Part shown: piece after piece, positions 42,242 through 61,416 of the stretch | How positions within the stretch are numbered: the stretch's first letter is position 1 | Layout of the letters: the number at the start of each line of letters is the position of its first letter | Source of the DNA: Trichoplax adhaerens | Taxonomy: Eukaryota; Animalia; Placozoa | NCBI RefSeq assembly: GCF_000150275.1 | Contig: NW_002060954.1 | Coordinates: forward strand, 1,426,001 to 1,490,000 | Direction of reading: 5' to 3' | DNA length: 64,000 nt | The notes under the pieces: model-generated | Databases searched by the model: none | Told to the model about the DNA's origin: nothing | The model's input: the letters and a program-made list of their open reading frames with translations, nothing else | Position numbers and translations under genes: made by a program

Positions 42242-45200
42242 TTACTCGGCTCCAAATTGAAACTGCTGAAAATCAACATTTTGTGTTGAAATCTTATTAG
42301 TAATATTACTAGATCGACTTTGTTGAGAGGTATTTGAGTTAGGAAAAGTTTGCTCGTACATCTGTGTTTGAGTTAAAGGTGGTGCGGAATTTTCACGATT
42401 ATTCAGCATTGATACTTCGTTGCCAGCACCAAATACATTGTTATTGGAAGCATCCGTAGAGAGACTGTTCTGCTTGTACACCGGTACTATCGAAACTGCG
42501 GATGAAGGACTTCGCTGACTACCTAAATGGCCACCACTAGTGCCGCACATATTTTGTTGAGAAACATTCCCAGCAGGATATTTAAACACCGGCACTTGAC
42601 TTTGCGCTTGAGTAATACCTGGTTGATTGTTTAGTCGTGGTGCTGAACTAATATTGCGAATAGCTTGTTGTTGTACTGGGTTATTGTTACGTTGGGCAGC
42701 ATTAACAACTGGATAACTCTGTCTATATATTGCACCTTGATTTACTTTTGCCATAGGATTTTCCTGATCGTTTGAGGTAGTAAAACAAGAAATTGGCCGA
42801 ACCGATCGATTCGTTTCATTAATTCTATCTTTATTCGTGTTAGTCACTTGATGAGGTTGCTAAAATAGATAGATGAAACAAAACTATATGATTTCTATAA
42901 TTTTGAAAAACTTCCATTTCAGTAAATTCAGTCACACTACTGTTACTCAGTTACATCGAACATTAGTTACCCTAAATTATACCATAAACGGAAGACCTAA
43001 TTTGATCGAGAGGATAATCAAAATCACTGAAATTTTCAAATATTTACTTTCTAATCCATTACATAGTATTATTATACTCGTCCTTAATCTATCTCGATCT
43101 CTGAAAATATTATGCTGTACTACCTACACTTAATAACAGTCTATTTTATAATCATAATGGTCCATAACTGTACTTTTTTGATAAGTTCCTACAAGGGTTA
43201 TAGTTTCCTGATAAGTTTCTCTTAACTACACTGGGTAAGCGATTACAATAAGGGAATTTAAGCAATTTACTGCAAGATTAATTATCGCAACCAAGACGAA
43301 ACAAGAAGAGTTAGTCTAAGATTGTTTGACAATAAATTAACAGTAGTGATGGATGAAATTCAAAAAGTGTAAAGTTTATAGTTTCAGCATAAAAAATCAA
43401 ATTGAATAAAATAAAAGATATCGAAGAAAAGTAACAACACTAAAGTATAAAATCTATAGTGATGTTCAGTGTAATTAATGGATAGAGGTTAACAAATGTA
43501 ATACCTTATAGAAGTAACTTGTCTTAATTTAACCTAATCTACTATACAGTATACCAGGGCTTAGTGGTCCCTGTACGATACACGTATTGCAGCTAATACG
43601 GTATAATATTAAGCGTAAGCCTATGCACTTAAGACAATTAGATGAAAGCCCTCAAAACTATTTAATTTGTGTATTACAGTGAGTGAAAATAAATGTCATA
43701 AAAACTATAATCAGTATGACCAAAAATATTAGGCTCTGTATATTAATATCGAACTGCTACTCAACTAATGTATTATAATATGCAATGAAGCATTACTGAT
43801 TACAAAAATATAATGCATAACTGTTGTCATAGTCTAATCGAAATAAATATGCTGCGTTTCTATATACTATTGTAGACCATCTTAAAGTGTGCTAACATAC
43901 AGTACGTACACAAAAGGCACCAATATGTCACGATGACCGTACTTAAATTACATAGACATACAGTAATTAACTTACCATTAAATGATTCTGCAAATTTGAA
44001 TCTGCAATCGAAGTTAAATATAGAAGGTTTCGATGTAATATTCGTTGATATCTGCAAATGAAACGCCTTATATGTAAGCTAAGATGCAAGAATAGCGGTA
44101 ATAAATAAAAACCTTCTATAAATAATACGGTATAGCATCGCGTATTGTGTAAGTAAATTGGAATGTTCGCCGTATCAATGCGAACACTATCCAAAGCGCC
44201 TGATAGGGATTATTGTACTCTAACTGAACTAAAAGTAAAATCGAATCTCGCAAGAAATGAAACGATCCCAGCTATGAATTCATAATTCTAAATAGTACTT
44301 GTACACTAACCTACCATCCATTAATACCAAGTACAAAACTTTGCTGGAAGCTACAGTAATTATGGTAACAAGCCGTAAAAAAAACAATTGTAGCGGAAGT
44401 TTTCATCTCAAACGTAAAGCACGTATTGCATACTAATGCATGGACTACTATAAAAAATCCTTTTCTTAGTAGCCCATGACTGATTGCATTGACAGCAAAT
44501 AACGAATGCCCAATTTTACGTAAAACTTTAACGATGTGCAACAGTACATTGCAAAATGTACGGCATAAATGATCGAAAGGTTACATAATTGGTAAAATTT
44601 GCACTTTTTTTGATGAAGGTTCTTAATCTCATAGTCCCTACTATTTAGCAATACTGAATTAAAAGATATTGCAGAATGTTCTTGACTAATTGGTACACTA
44701 ACAATACACTGCAGGTACTATTGGATAGATGTGCATGCAAATGATAACCAGGATGCGATAGCGCGTATGATAGAGCTGTCTTAGTGAGGTTAATTTCCCT
44801 CGCAACTAAGAAAGTCCAAGTTTGACTGCAAACAAAGGTAGTTACTATATCAAAGTCTTTGAATATCTCTATTGCCTTAGTAAGTTAGCCAATTATAATT
44901 ACTGTAGTTAAAATTGTATTTAGAACGTATCATATATACCTGGTTACGAATTTAACTCGTCTCAAGTAATTGTAACAGGAATTTCAATACATAGCTGAAG
45001 TAACATTTTCCTTATTTAACATATATCCGTATAGGAGAAATCAAATATGAAGGGTGCACTCATAAAATTTTGGCTACTAAAAATTCATAGTAACATATTA
45101 CTGCTTCTTTCATTATGAATTACGATTTGTATAAAACAATAATACCGAATTGCATTATCAAGACAGCTTGAACCTTCATATTGCAATATTTTTAATACAT

Positions 45201-47748
45201 ACTGGATGCAATCTTGCGCTCTGCCTTTGTTTTGATATTCTGTAATCACCTAAGATGATATGAAAATACTTATACATTTAATACTAGACATAAATTGTTA
45301 ATTTCTTACCGTAAACCCTAGAAAATGTAGTCTTATTTATATGTAAATAATATGCAAAAATACCGTAGATAGTACATAATAAAGTATAACCCAAAACTGA
45401 AGTTACTTTGTTAGTTCTTCGTCATACAATCTTTCAAGTTTATATGACTTAGTTAGACAGTTAAATGACAATATTATAGCCGACAATAATTTTCAAAAGG
45501 CAAATACGTACTGAATGATTCAATTCCTATCACTCTTGTTTTAAAAGACCGAACAGGAAGTTTAAAATTTTATAAGTAATCAAATCTATAGGCGGGGCAC
45601 TACTATTTTTTTAAAGCCACCTCAATACTTTATGAACAATCCATAGAAGGTAAAATCAGCTAAACTCATCTTCATATAATTACCTACGAAATATTTTGCT
45701 AATAGACAATTAATCAAGGATGATAAATTAAGTTTATAGGAGGAGCTGAGAAATGTGGATACATTGTTTTACTTTTCATGGTTTAATACGGCCTATAACC
45801 AACCAATGGTTAATTTTTTCAATGTATAGTATTTAGTAAGTACAGTGCATGTACATCGACTAACGCGTAAAATAAAACCATTTACAGTTGAGAACTTCCT
45901 CTTACTATTAGTACTATCACTCACTACCATTTGATCGCGATTGACAACACCTTTCCTGCGATGTACTGCATATATCATGTATTGATTATTATGTAATGTA
46001 TCTCTAATCTCCAGTAGTATACTATGCGAGTATATCACCGCAAGCGATTAATAGATAACAACCATCTGCGAATTCATTTGGCATACTACTGTACTTTACG
46101 CAGTGTAAAATGTACGAATAGATGATATCATATAAATATAACATAGCGCAAGAATATTAGCTAGTTTATAACATTGTAAAGAACATTTATCGTGTCTACT
46201 ATGTAACATACAAACGTATAGAGGATGTATTTTGTATACATAAAAGCTTTTACAATAAAAGTTAAACTATTATACGTATACATGTATATGTCAGTGCCAA
46301 GAGTATAACAGCTAGGACTCACTAAATTGTTTCTATCAGGTATACAGTATAGTATATAACCCAATACCTTTGACACTTTACAACATCCACTTAGCAATGT
46401 TACAAATGAGTGATTTACCACTGTTACAAACGCATTTCGCTTATAACGAAATGCAATGATTATTTTATGCGTCCTTGTATACTCAAACTTATCTTAAATA
46501 GGCGTACAGCACATAATCAACAGCTACAGTAAACTACTGTGCTGTAGCTTCAAGATTTATCATCGTACCTCGCTTCTACGTAACATGATGATAATATGCT
46601 GGTATATATAAAAATGTTTATTTCTGAAATACTAGAGATTAGAACATAGTTGCAGTCTTTCAAGAAATAGAGAGATTATTATAATTATTTTTATTTTATT
46701 AGCATAATCGTGAATTTCAATCTATACCCAACGAGGAGGCGTACGATCTAGTATCATAAACTAATTAAGATTAAAGTAACATTACAATCGTACCAGCGAA
46801 GATCTAAAAAATGCTACTTCTAAGGGATCTTTCCGAGAGATTAAAAATTGTATATTGTCATACTGTAGGTACAAACAGCAAAACATGATGATGTATAATA
46901 TTGTGTACGATATACGCGTCATGGATATAGCGTAATAGTACATTATACACTACACTATACAGTAGACAATTTTAAAACAGTCCAATTGCTTACTGTGTAT
47001 TCTACTTGAAGGTTACATATCGAGCTAATCTCTACGACCTTGCATGTCAACAATTTAGTCTTCATCAATACGCATAGAAGCATACGCGTAGAGGCAAAGA
47101 GATCGGAGGTAACCTCGAAGACACCACAATTTTAGCAAGCGCGGTTGTAAACCCATATGGTCCAGAAACACTATCTTCTATTTCTGTACAATCTACCGTA
47201 ATGTGTTATTAGGAAACTCAAGATGAAAGCCACGATAAATAATTTCTATAATTTTTAGTATCTGTAATGTACCTGATCCCTAATAAAACAGATTCTTAAC
47301 AACCTGACTACTATTCCTGACACCTACGAATTAATGTCGAAATATCTTCCATGGCAGGGATGCATTATACAGTTTTATATCATAATTAACAGCAAAAGCA
47401 GGCACAGCCACTAATGTAACTTAATATCCTATACTGCATGAAAGTTGAGCATAAAGATGATTTTAAAATACTGCAAATTACAATGTTAGCACACATTCAA
47501 CACGATCTAAATCGTAGTGAAGACAATATAATTTACTAACCTGAATTAATTGAGCATTTTCATCGAGAATCTATTGTTGTAGCGTAAATATATGTAAATG
47601 CCAACTTTAGACAGTAAAAGTGACGATATACAAGTTAAAATATAAGGATCTATCAGTACATCAATTTAGCTAATGAATTTAGCCATTTAGCTTGTCATCT
47701 TACTTTTTGAATTTTAACACCGTCAATCTCGTCTGAAGGAGCCGTCAT
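42242..47748 (-). CDS. SS18: SS18/SS18L1 (SYT/CREST) family SSXT-domain BAF complex subunit, 5 exons, about 271 aa
   Basis: Exons 47748-47704 MTAPSDEIDGVKIQK, 47570-47541 ILDENAQLIQ, 45249-45203 VITEYQNKGRAQDCIQ, 44051-43976 YQRILHRNLLYLTSIADSNLQNHLM, 42859-42242 Q/N/S/P-rich tail; all GT-AG and in frame; matches the SNH/SSXT consensus IQKxLDENxxLI...QNKG...YQxxLHxNLxYLAxIAD. Confidence 0.92.
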
Positions 47749-47854
47749 GTTAAAACTTGCACGATATCTTCCATAGAAAACTTGAATGTGTTGCAGTTGA
47801 GAACGACAAGAGGAAGGACTGGAGAGGAGAGGATAGAAGCAGAAAGAACAGACT

Positions 47855-48965
47855 ATACACTGTATACAGTACAGTACGATGGACCAGAGCGTCCAGACGT
47901 CCATGACCTACAGTATAAAATACTGTATAATACAGTATATTGTACCGTGGCGCGCGCACGGCATACTGTACTGTAACATTTGTTCGTCAAGACGTCAAGT
48001 ACAGTACAGCATAATCCGAATCATTCAAGAACCTGACTGTACTGTGCCGTACCATACTGTACTGTACTATACTGTACACTTAGTATACAGTACAGTATTG
48101 TTACTTGTAGCTGCACTGTGCTGTACTGCGTCCAGACGTCCATGAACTACAGTATAAAATACTGTATAATACAGTATATTGTACTGTGGTGCGCGCACGG
48201 CATACTGTACTGTACAGTACTGTAACTGTAACATTTGTTCATCAAGTGTACTGTACAGTGTACAGTACATATTGTACAGTATAATCCGAGTCATTCAAGA
48301 ACCTGACTGTACAGTACAGTATACTGTATTGTAATTCGCAGTTGCAATGTGCTGTACTGTACAGCCTGTACTACATGTGTACAGTATGTACTGTACTGTA
48401 CTGTGGTCTGGAAGAGTTTTCAATTCGTACAGTACAGTACACCCAGAGTTCAACCGTCCTGCCTCTTCGCAGACAGAGACACTAAAGCCTCGTCTTTTCA
48501 ATTTTTTAATGTTTAATAGCTTTACTGACGGTATAAAGTTCTTACTCAGCCATCCAGCAATTTAGAGATATAGCTGAACTGGAGAGAGCGAAAAATGATA
48601 CTATACATGCAATGAATAAGTGAAAAAAGTCGTCCAAATTTCATTGCTAAATGGTCCTTGTTCAAACTAAGTCTAAAACCATGGTAAACGTCCCAAGCTT
48701 CAAGCGAATACTCTATTGTACTGTACTGACCGACTGACGACAGTACAATACTTTCATGTTGATAAAACCTACCAAAACACGTGAAAAACAACTACTGTAC
48801 TGTATACGACTCTACTGAATGCGAGTGATTTGTAATGGTTATCGGTCGTACAGTATAGTGGACATGACACCATACGCACTACTGTACAGTACGATATACT
48901 GTACACTGTAACGAATTCTATGGTACTGGACTGGCCTGGACTGTACAAGTGTACTGTAGTACAGT
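47855..48965. repeat. CAGTA/TACTG arrays across the SS18-TAF4 divergent promoter, including a duplicated block
   Basis: Arrays at about 47855-48440 and 48715-48965; block GCGTCCAGACGTCCATGA...GCGCGCACGGCATACTG...TCATTCAAGAACCTGACTGTAC at 47889-48042 and 48128-48312. Confidence 0.9.
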
Positions 48966-49125
48966 TATTCACTTTCTTCCAAATATCTCATTTCTTCCAA
49001 CTCCAAGCGCCATCAACTTCTGCTACATACGTTAAAGTAAAAGTTATAACTAATTCATTTTACTGTGAAGATACAACGCTTGGGGTTGTATATGTTTTAT
49101 CGGCAGTTATACATAGTGGATAAGC

Positions 49126-52100
49126 ATGGAACCCAATAACTTTTTAGAAGAGTTACTCAAATCGAAGGTAGATGAGTCTGCGGTAAATGCATTGGTAGGA
49201 TCTTTAGAAAGCCGATTATCTGGTCACTCTCGAACGAATGCTGCGTCTTTAAGCTCTAATCCTGCCGCTATGCAAGTACCCAAACTATCAAACATGTCCG
49301 ATACCACAATATCGATCAACAATATTTTATCTAATAGTAAAACTCAGTCAACTCCATCATATGCGACTACTGAATCATCAATAATTTCAAATAACCTTAC
49401 ACACAAAATGATCGTTCCACGAGGCAGTACATCCACGGCTACGACCGTTCCGAGAAATCAGTCAAAGAAAGCCAATGTCGGCAGTACCACGGCTGCACAG
49501 AAATTTTCTACCATACCATCAAATCCAAATGTAATTTCGATGTCCTCGACTTCGTCGTCAGTTCGCCCCATTATTGCTCCTGGAGTAAGATCACAACTGG
49601 GATCTACTCCAATCGCGTCCAAATTAAATCGCCCATCAACACCGTTATCAGGTACTCCCGCTACAACTAATCCATCGACAAGGTATATAGCCAGAGCCAG
49701 TATGGCAACAAATCCACGTGCAGCTAACCCAAATTTAGCAAGTCCAACTAGCACTATCTATTCCAGTAATCAACCTATTCGATCAGCGAGCAAAGGAGCT
49801 ATCCATGGTATATCAAATTACTCACCAATAACAACGCGTCCAACTGTAGCTGCTAGCGCTATGAGTACAGATGACATCAACGGAGTCTTAATGAAACTTC
49901 GATCCTTCTTAGACACCCTAATTAGCGGTGCCCCCAAGGACGTACAGAATAGTGTGAAAGATTACGTTCAAAAGTTAATTGTAAGTATTACTAAATATCT
50001 ACTTAGAAGCATGCTACCAAGTATAAAAAAACTTGGAAAAGAAAAGGCAATACCGTATTGCATCTTTCCTATGTGTAACGTTAGTTTTTATTCTATAATT
50101 ATTTATTATCATTTTTTAAGATCGCTGCAAGATACATACATTACATTCGTTAGAAATCTATGCAATGACTGTGAGCTTTGAAGTATTATAGAAAATATAC
50201 GACAACATAGTAACATCCATCTACTGTAGTAACAACTGTTTTGCTCAAAATTTATCTCTTATCTCACTGTAGAAGAACGAAATGACGGTGGACAACTTCC
50301 TTAAAGCTTTTCATTCCAACAAGGATGCTTCCCAACAGGAGAAACTGAAGCAATTCTTACAGGTATCTAATCAACTTTGCTACTGCTACTGTGCATACTA
50401 CAACAGTATACAAGTATACTCTTGTAAAAATAATCCTATTTGCGAGGATGCTCCCAGATAGAGATATCGTAGATTATATTTATTATTGTACTAGTTATTC
50501 AGTGACTAATTGAAATCCTTGCTAGTTCACCTATCAGCTAAAATTGTGAACACATTCGTATATATACCCGTATATGGCTATATTTAAATGTGTTGCATAT
50601 CCACATGACAAGAACACAACTTCAAATGTGACAAATCTTACATGATACTTTTTTATTTATATATTCGATTAGTACGCATTACCTCTATACAGACAAGTCA
50701 ATAGTGAAAACAGTGGTACCAAAAAATCGCAAACAACTTCCGTACCTCGTCAAACTACCATAAAGGCCACCACTGCTCAGCCACACAGTCATATTAGTAC
50801 TTCTGCCCAAGATAGCAAAGCTACCGTTAGAAACACTATCGCCATATCGACAAGCAATACAGTTCCTACAACGAGGTATGCAAGCATGTCTCAATACACC
50901 GTGACAAGTCCTAAATCTCAACCTAAAAGTAAACAAGCAGCAGCTACTTCATTAGCAAGCTCGACCAATACAACGGTAGCGCAGTCGAAAATAGTGCAAT
51001 CTTTAAAAGTCGTACCTGTAATTACTTCAGCTACGACACCAGTACGCACTAGTTCTACAACAACTACTAAACCTCAAGCGAAAAGTTCTAGTAAATCAAC
51101 ACACAAAGCGAATTCAGCCAAATCTACTAAAAGTACGCCTACATCCCATTCAAGCAGCAGCTCTACTACCCCTGCTACACTGAAGACGCCGTCTACAGCC
51201 ACCAATGCGTATGTATCAAGTTATTATATATTTGAGATGCGTTCTTTTAGCATGATTTACTAATATCAATGATTATCTATCATTGACTGTCGATGCGTAT
51301 ATGTCACGTCCATTGATTTATAATCTATTATTAATTTATGGTGCGTCTGCAATATGCGATATTGCACTCAGACCCGCTACAACTACTAAGGACCATACAA
51401 TCGAAGAAGAAGATGAAAATGATATTACGTCTATGGCAGGAGTTAATCTCATGGTTAGATAAGATAACAATTATAGCATTACTACAACCACAATACCTAA
51501 AATCTAACATAAGCTTTATCTGCAGGAGGAAAGTGCTGCCTTACATTCCAGTTTAATCAGTTCAGATACTAAAAGTTGTAAAGACACAATAGGATTAACA
51601 TCAAGTGCCTTGCAAAATAAAATCAAGAAGATAGGTTGATTACTATCTTAAGATATACATATTACTGTTTAAGTTACTTATATAAATCACATTTTCGGGT
51701 AATAGCTTTAAAGTATGGTATTAAAGAAGTATCTTCTGAGGTTACCTCATTAATATCACATGCAGCAGAGGTACGTATGTATTCATCCGTATGTGGACGT
51801 TCCAACGATGCATTTTAAATCAGAATGCTATCCTTTTAGGAAAGGCTTCGAAATATAATGGAAAGACTAGCAGTTATCAGTCGTCACCGAGTAGAAACTT
51901 TAAAGGTAAAGAATTAACACTATTGATAAATTAGCCTGTAGAATAAATGATCGATCTTATCCTAACTAAGTAGCAATTATATTATATTTTTACCCAGGAT
52001 GATTCAATGTATGTAGTAGCTGATGAAATTAGATCTAGATTACAAATTTTTGAGCAATTGGACAAATTGGAAAGAAAGAGGAAAGACGAACAGGAAAAAG

Positions 52101-52757
52101 AAATGTTAATGCGCATTGCCAAAGTGAGTTGTTGTATTCATTTATAATTTGTGAGCATGAAACAAGTGATTGCTAAATGTCTTAATAAAACTTAAAGAGT
52201 CGATCTAGACAAGAAGATCCTGAGCAGGCCAAACTTAAAGAAAAGGCAAAGCAAGTACGTTCATTAGTAAACTCTATTGCTGAATAATTGCTAGATCAAA
52301 TGATATGTAAATAATGCCTATGAATTCTTTAGATGCAACTTGATGAAGAGGAAAGATTGCGTAAAACTGCTGCAAATACTACCGCTCTTGCTGCTATTGG
52401 TCGACGAAAAAGAAAGACCGAAGACAGTGTACATGTAATGACAGATTAATTATTACTTACTGTATGTGATAATATTATATTGTAAAATCTACATTTTCTC
52501 CTCTCATTCAGGTATCTCAAGGGACTCCAAGTCAAAATGTACTCAAGGTAATTGATACGGGATTTAAAAGACATTTTTGTATGAATATGAAATTAACACC
52601 GCATTGATATTAACGAGTACTTTATTTTATGCTCATTTCTTAACAGAAACCGAGAAGAATTAGAACTGCTACAATGAAAGATTTGGCTTTTGAATTAGAA
52701 AGTGAGAAAGGAACGTCCAAATCGTTATTCCTATATAAAGCTTACTTTAAGCTATAA
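49126..52757 (+). CDS. TAF4: TFIID subunit 4, multi-exon
   Basis: N-terminal SKVDESAVNALVGSLESRL; TAFH-like KLRSFLDTLI...VKDYVQKLI; NDITSMAGVNL; histone fold LISHAAEERLRNIMERL; KSRSRQEDPEQAKLKEKAKQ; ANTTALAAIGRRKRK; C-terminal MKDLAFELESE...LYKAYFKL-TAA. Confidence 0.95.
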
Positions 52758-53817
52758 AACGTATTACATAACATTTTACGAATCAGTTTTCTGCGTGAAG
52801 ACGTACTGAATTTGATTCATTATTTTATACATCGTGCCTAATCTTTCAAGTTTTAAATTATAAAAACGATTTAGACTGACCTTGTGTACATGATTGCAGG
52901 ATTTGTATTTAGCTTCCTAAGCTATGCGTTACATTGATTACAGTATGTTAATAACAGTTAATCTTCATCTTATTACATATTGATTTCGATCTAAGGCACT
53001 AAATAGCGGTAAACTAATAGTATCTATACTCCATTTGTGTAAAATAATGTACAAAATTCGAACCATAAAATCCAAAGTTTAACGATCAAAATATCGTTCT
53101 TATAATGTTGCCCTTCTGTTGTATTTGGTATCATGACATAGTGACGTGCTATTAACCTGTCTAGTTCCCTTTCATTTCATACTGTATCTATATGAATTAT
53201 AATTGCTAGTGCAGCTGCGATTGCTGCTTCGAGTAAATCACAAAACAAGCGATGCTACTTATTTGAAAATTGATAGCTAAGTATAGGTGATTAATCTGAT
53301 TTAGATAATATGTTTACATTCTTTTAACAATAGACACTTATGTTGCGTATTTATATTATCAAATTAATAACTTAGTGTGAATATACAAAATTCTAATTAG
53401 TAGCTATGGCTTTCAATTTACTGTACCATAACCTATTCATATTTACATCGGTGTTAATTGAAATTAAATGTTGACAATTGTGGTTTCATTGAATTAGAAT
53501 TATAAAGTGTTTTGTACTGTACATACTGTGATTGATTCCGATGTATTTTAAATGCAAGTACTAATAACACAGTAGCGGTAACAACCAATTTGTGATTCCT
53601 AAAATTTATGTTTGATTTCTAAACTCCGACTGTTCCTGTGTAGAATCGAATCACCATCTATGTTCTTGATATTATTCGTGCGTTTTGTAAACTATACAAT
53701 GTCCACAAATTGTACATTTTACATTGGTCAAAGACTTCAAAGAGCTGTAACAGTAACTTTAATAAAAGCTGTAACTTTTTGAAACCTAAGTGCCAGTTAT
53801 CAATATTATTATTGTTA

Positions 53818-53922
53818 GGGAAAATTATATATTAACCAAAAAGGCAAGTTTTCATTAATTAATTGATAAATTTCGGAATTAATAATTAATGAAATGTAGC
53901 TTTTTTAGCTAATAATTTTCCC
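53818..53922. mobile_element. Small foldback element (about 45-bp imperfect inverted arms), possible degenerate MITE
   Basis: GGGAAAATTAT...AAAAAGGCAAGTTTTCATTAATT versus AATTAATGAAATGTAGCTTTTTT...ATAATTTTCCC; no clear target-site duplication. Confidence 0.5.
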
Positions 53923-54608
53923 AGATTATTATTATCTATCTATTGGGTGCTTTTTAGTTCTATGATTCTAACGATTAGGTTGCAAAGTCACTGCGTTGCT
54001 CTATATACTGTAAATATATATATATTAAAGTGTAATATTTTCATACAGAGTGCAATACGTACAATGGCCAAAGCCTGATTCATGTTTTTCTTTTACCTAC
54101 CGTACTCTACTGTACCTCCACAGTACTGTACAATAGATCACTCGTTTGTTATACAGTAGTACTGTACTACGATAGCCCCAGTATAATGACTTGATTCGTA
54201 TTTTCTATGAGGGGGGATGTATACTTTCTACGGGAAGAACGTAACTTCTGAGGGGAAAATGCGAAATAGCAAGCACTACGTTGTCCCCCTTTTATACAGT
54301 ACTGTATTCCTTCAGTAGTATCTATAGTACGGTATTGTACTGTCATGGACTTCTAGAGGTATCTAAAAGCAAGTGTAGAAGTTGATGGTTCTGTAGAGTA
54401 GCCAATGTTTCAGAACGAGAAGAAACATTTGTTCATTGATCCCCATGATTTTCCCAGTTATCTTTTGGTTTATGTCGAATTTTGCGCAATGCTGAATTTC
54501 TCATTACAAATGCTTCTGAGCAAGCGTGAATATTTTTCTCTTTATTTATTTTCCCTTTATTTATTTTATTTTATGGAGAAGTCGGTGTTTGAAAATTGTT
54601 TTAGAGCA

Positions 54609-55370
54609 TGTACTGTACTACTGTACTGTATACTGTACTGTACTGTACAGTACTGTATGTGATTAACCTTGATGCATCGGTACTACTGTACCGTACAGTA
54701 GAACAATGCACTCTGATACAGTACTGTACTGTACTGTACACCGACCGTACTGTACCATCCAGTACGGTAATCCAACGGTGCGACTGCGCGTTACTTCGCT
54801 TCTGTTTACAATTCACACAAAGTTTACAATAGCAGGTACATTCCAAGAAATTTTTGTTGCATATTTTTGTAAGTTTCGTTAACCTTGAATAAAATAATTA
54901 ATTGGAAAATTCAGTGATAAAATGTCTTACAGTAACAATAGGATTGTATGGAGTACCGGAGATGACAGAGTGACAGTGCTAATATGGGCGTAACATTACT
55001 GTATCTTTTCTACCAATAATCATTCGATCTACTGTACTGTACGCTCGTATTTCTCCTTTACTACAGTACAATAAATTATTAGCAGCAATTCAAAAAAATT
55101 TTTAAAGCATTGGTGCAGAGGTAATAAATCTTGATGTTTATTTTTTTTTGTTTGTTTATTTTTGCCGTAAACGGACTGTACATTATGGACTATGTACCGT
55201 ACTGTACTGTGTAAGGTACTGTGCTTTTTCTTTTCCTTTTTATTACTGAACTCTATGAACTCTTTGGGAACCCCTACAGTGTCTACAGATTGGATAAGAG
55301 TAAAGTACGGACTGCATGCCACAGTGCACGCGTACAGTACGGTACAGTACTGTACAGTACAGTGCACTGT
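54609..55370. repeat. CAGTA/TACTG arrays upstream of RSPRY1
   Basis: Dense blocks at 54609-54770, 55028-55050 and 55170-55370. Confidence 0.88.
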
Positions 55371-55688
55371 TACTCTTGACTACGGAACAGCAAGACTTCT
55401 GACATTGCGCAGTGAGTACGAATTATAGACTACTATATTAAGCTTAAGCATCATCAACAGTGCTTATATAAATACTGTACACTATTTGAAGACCAACACG
55501 AGAGAAACAGCCTCCATTTCACTTTTGTGGTTCTACTGTAACAGTGTCACGTTGCCGCTCCCTCAATTTCGTATACATACACAAGTCTAGAGTATCATCA
55601 TAGTAAACAGTTAGTAGATCCGAATTCTTGCTAAATAAAGAGTTGTAGTTTAGTCTAGGCTTTGGATGTACCTTCGATATCTAAAAAT

Positions 55689-61416
<5,728 letters not shown>

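Noticed and set aside
39588-49754. Antisense ORFs 39588-40001 and 49458-49754 (also 14473-14694)
   Set aside because: They are shadows of low-complexity coding exons on the opposite strand.
54200-54295. ATGAGGGGGG...TCCCCCT segment resembling part of the PRMT5-intron MITE
   Set aside because: Similarity is limited to about 10 bp, with no termini or TSD.
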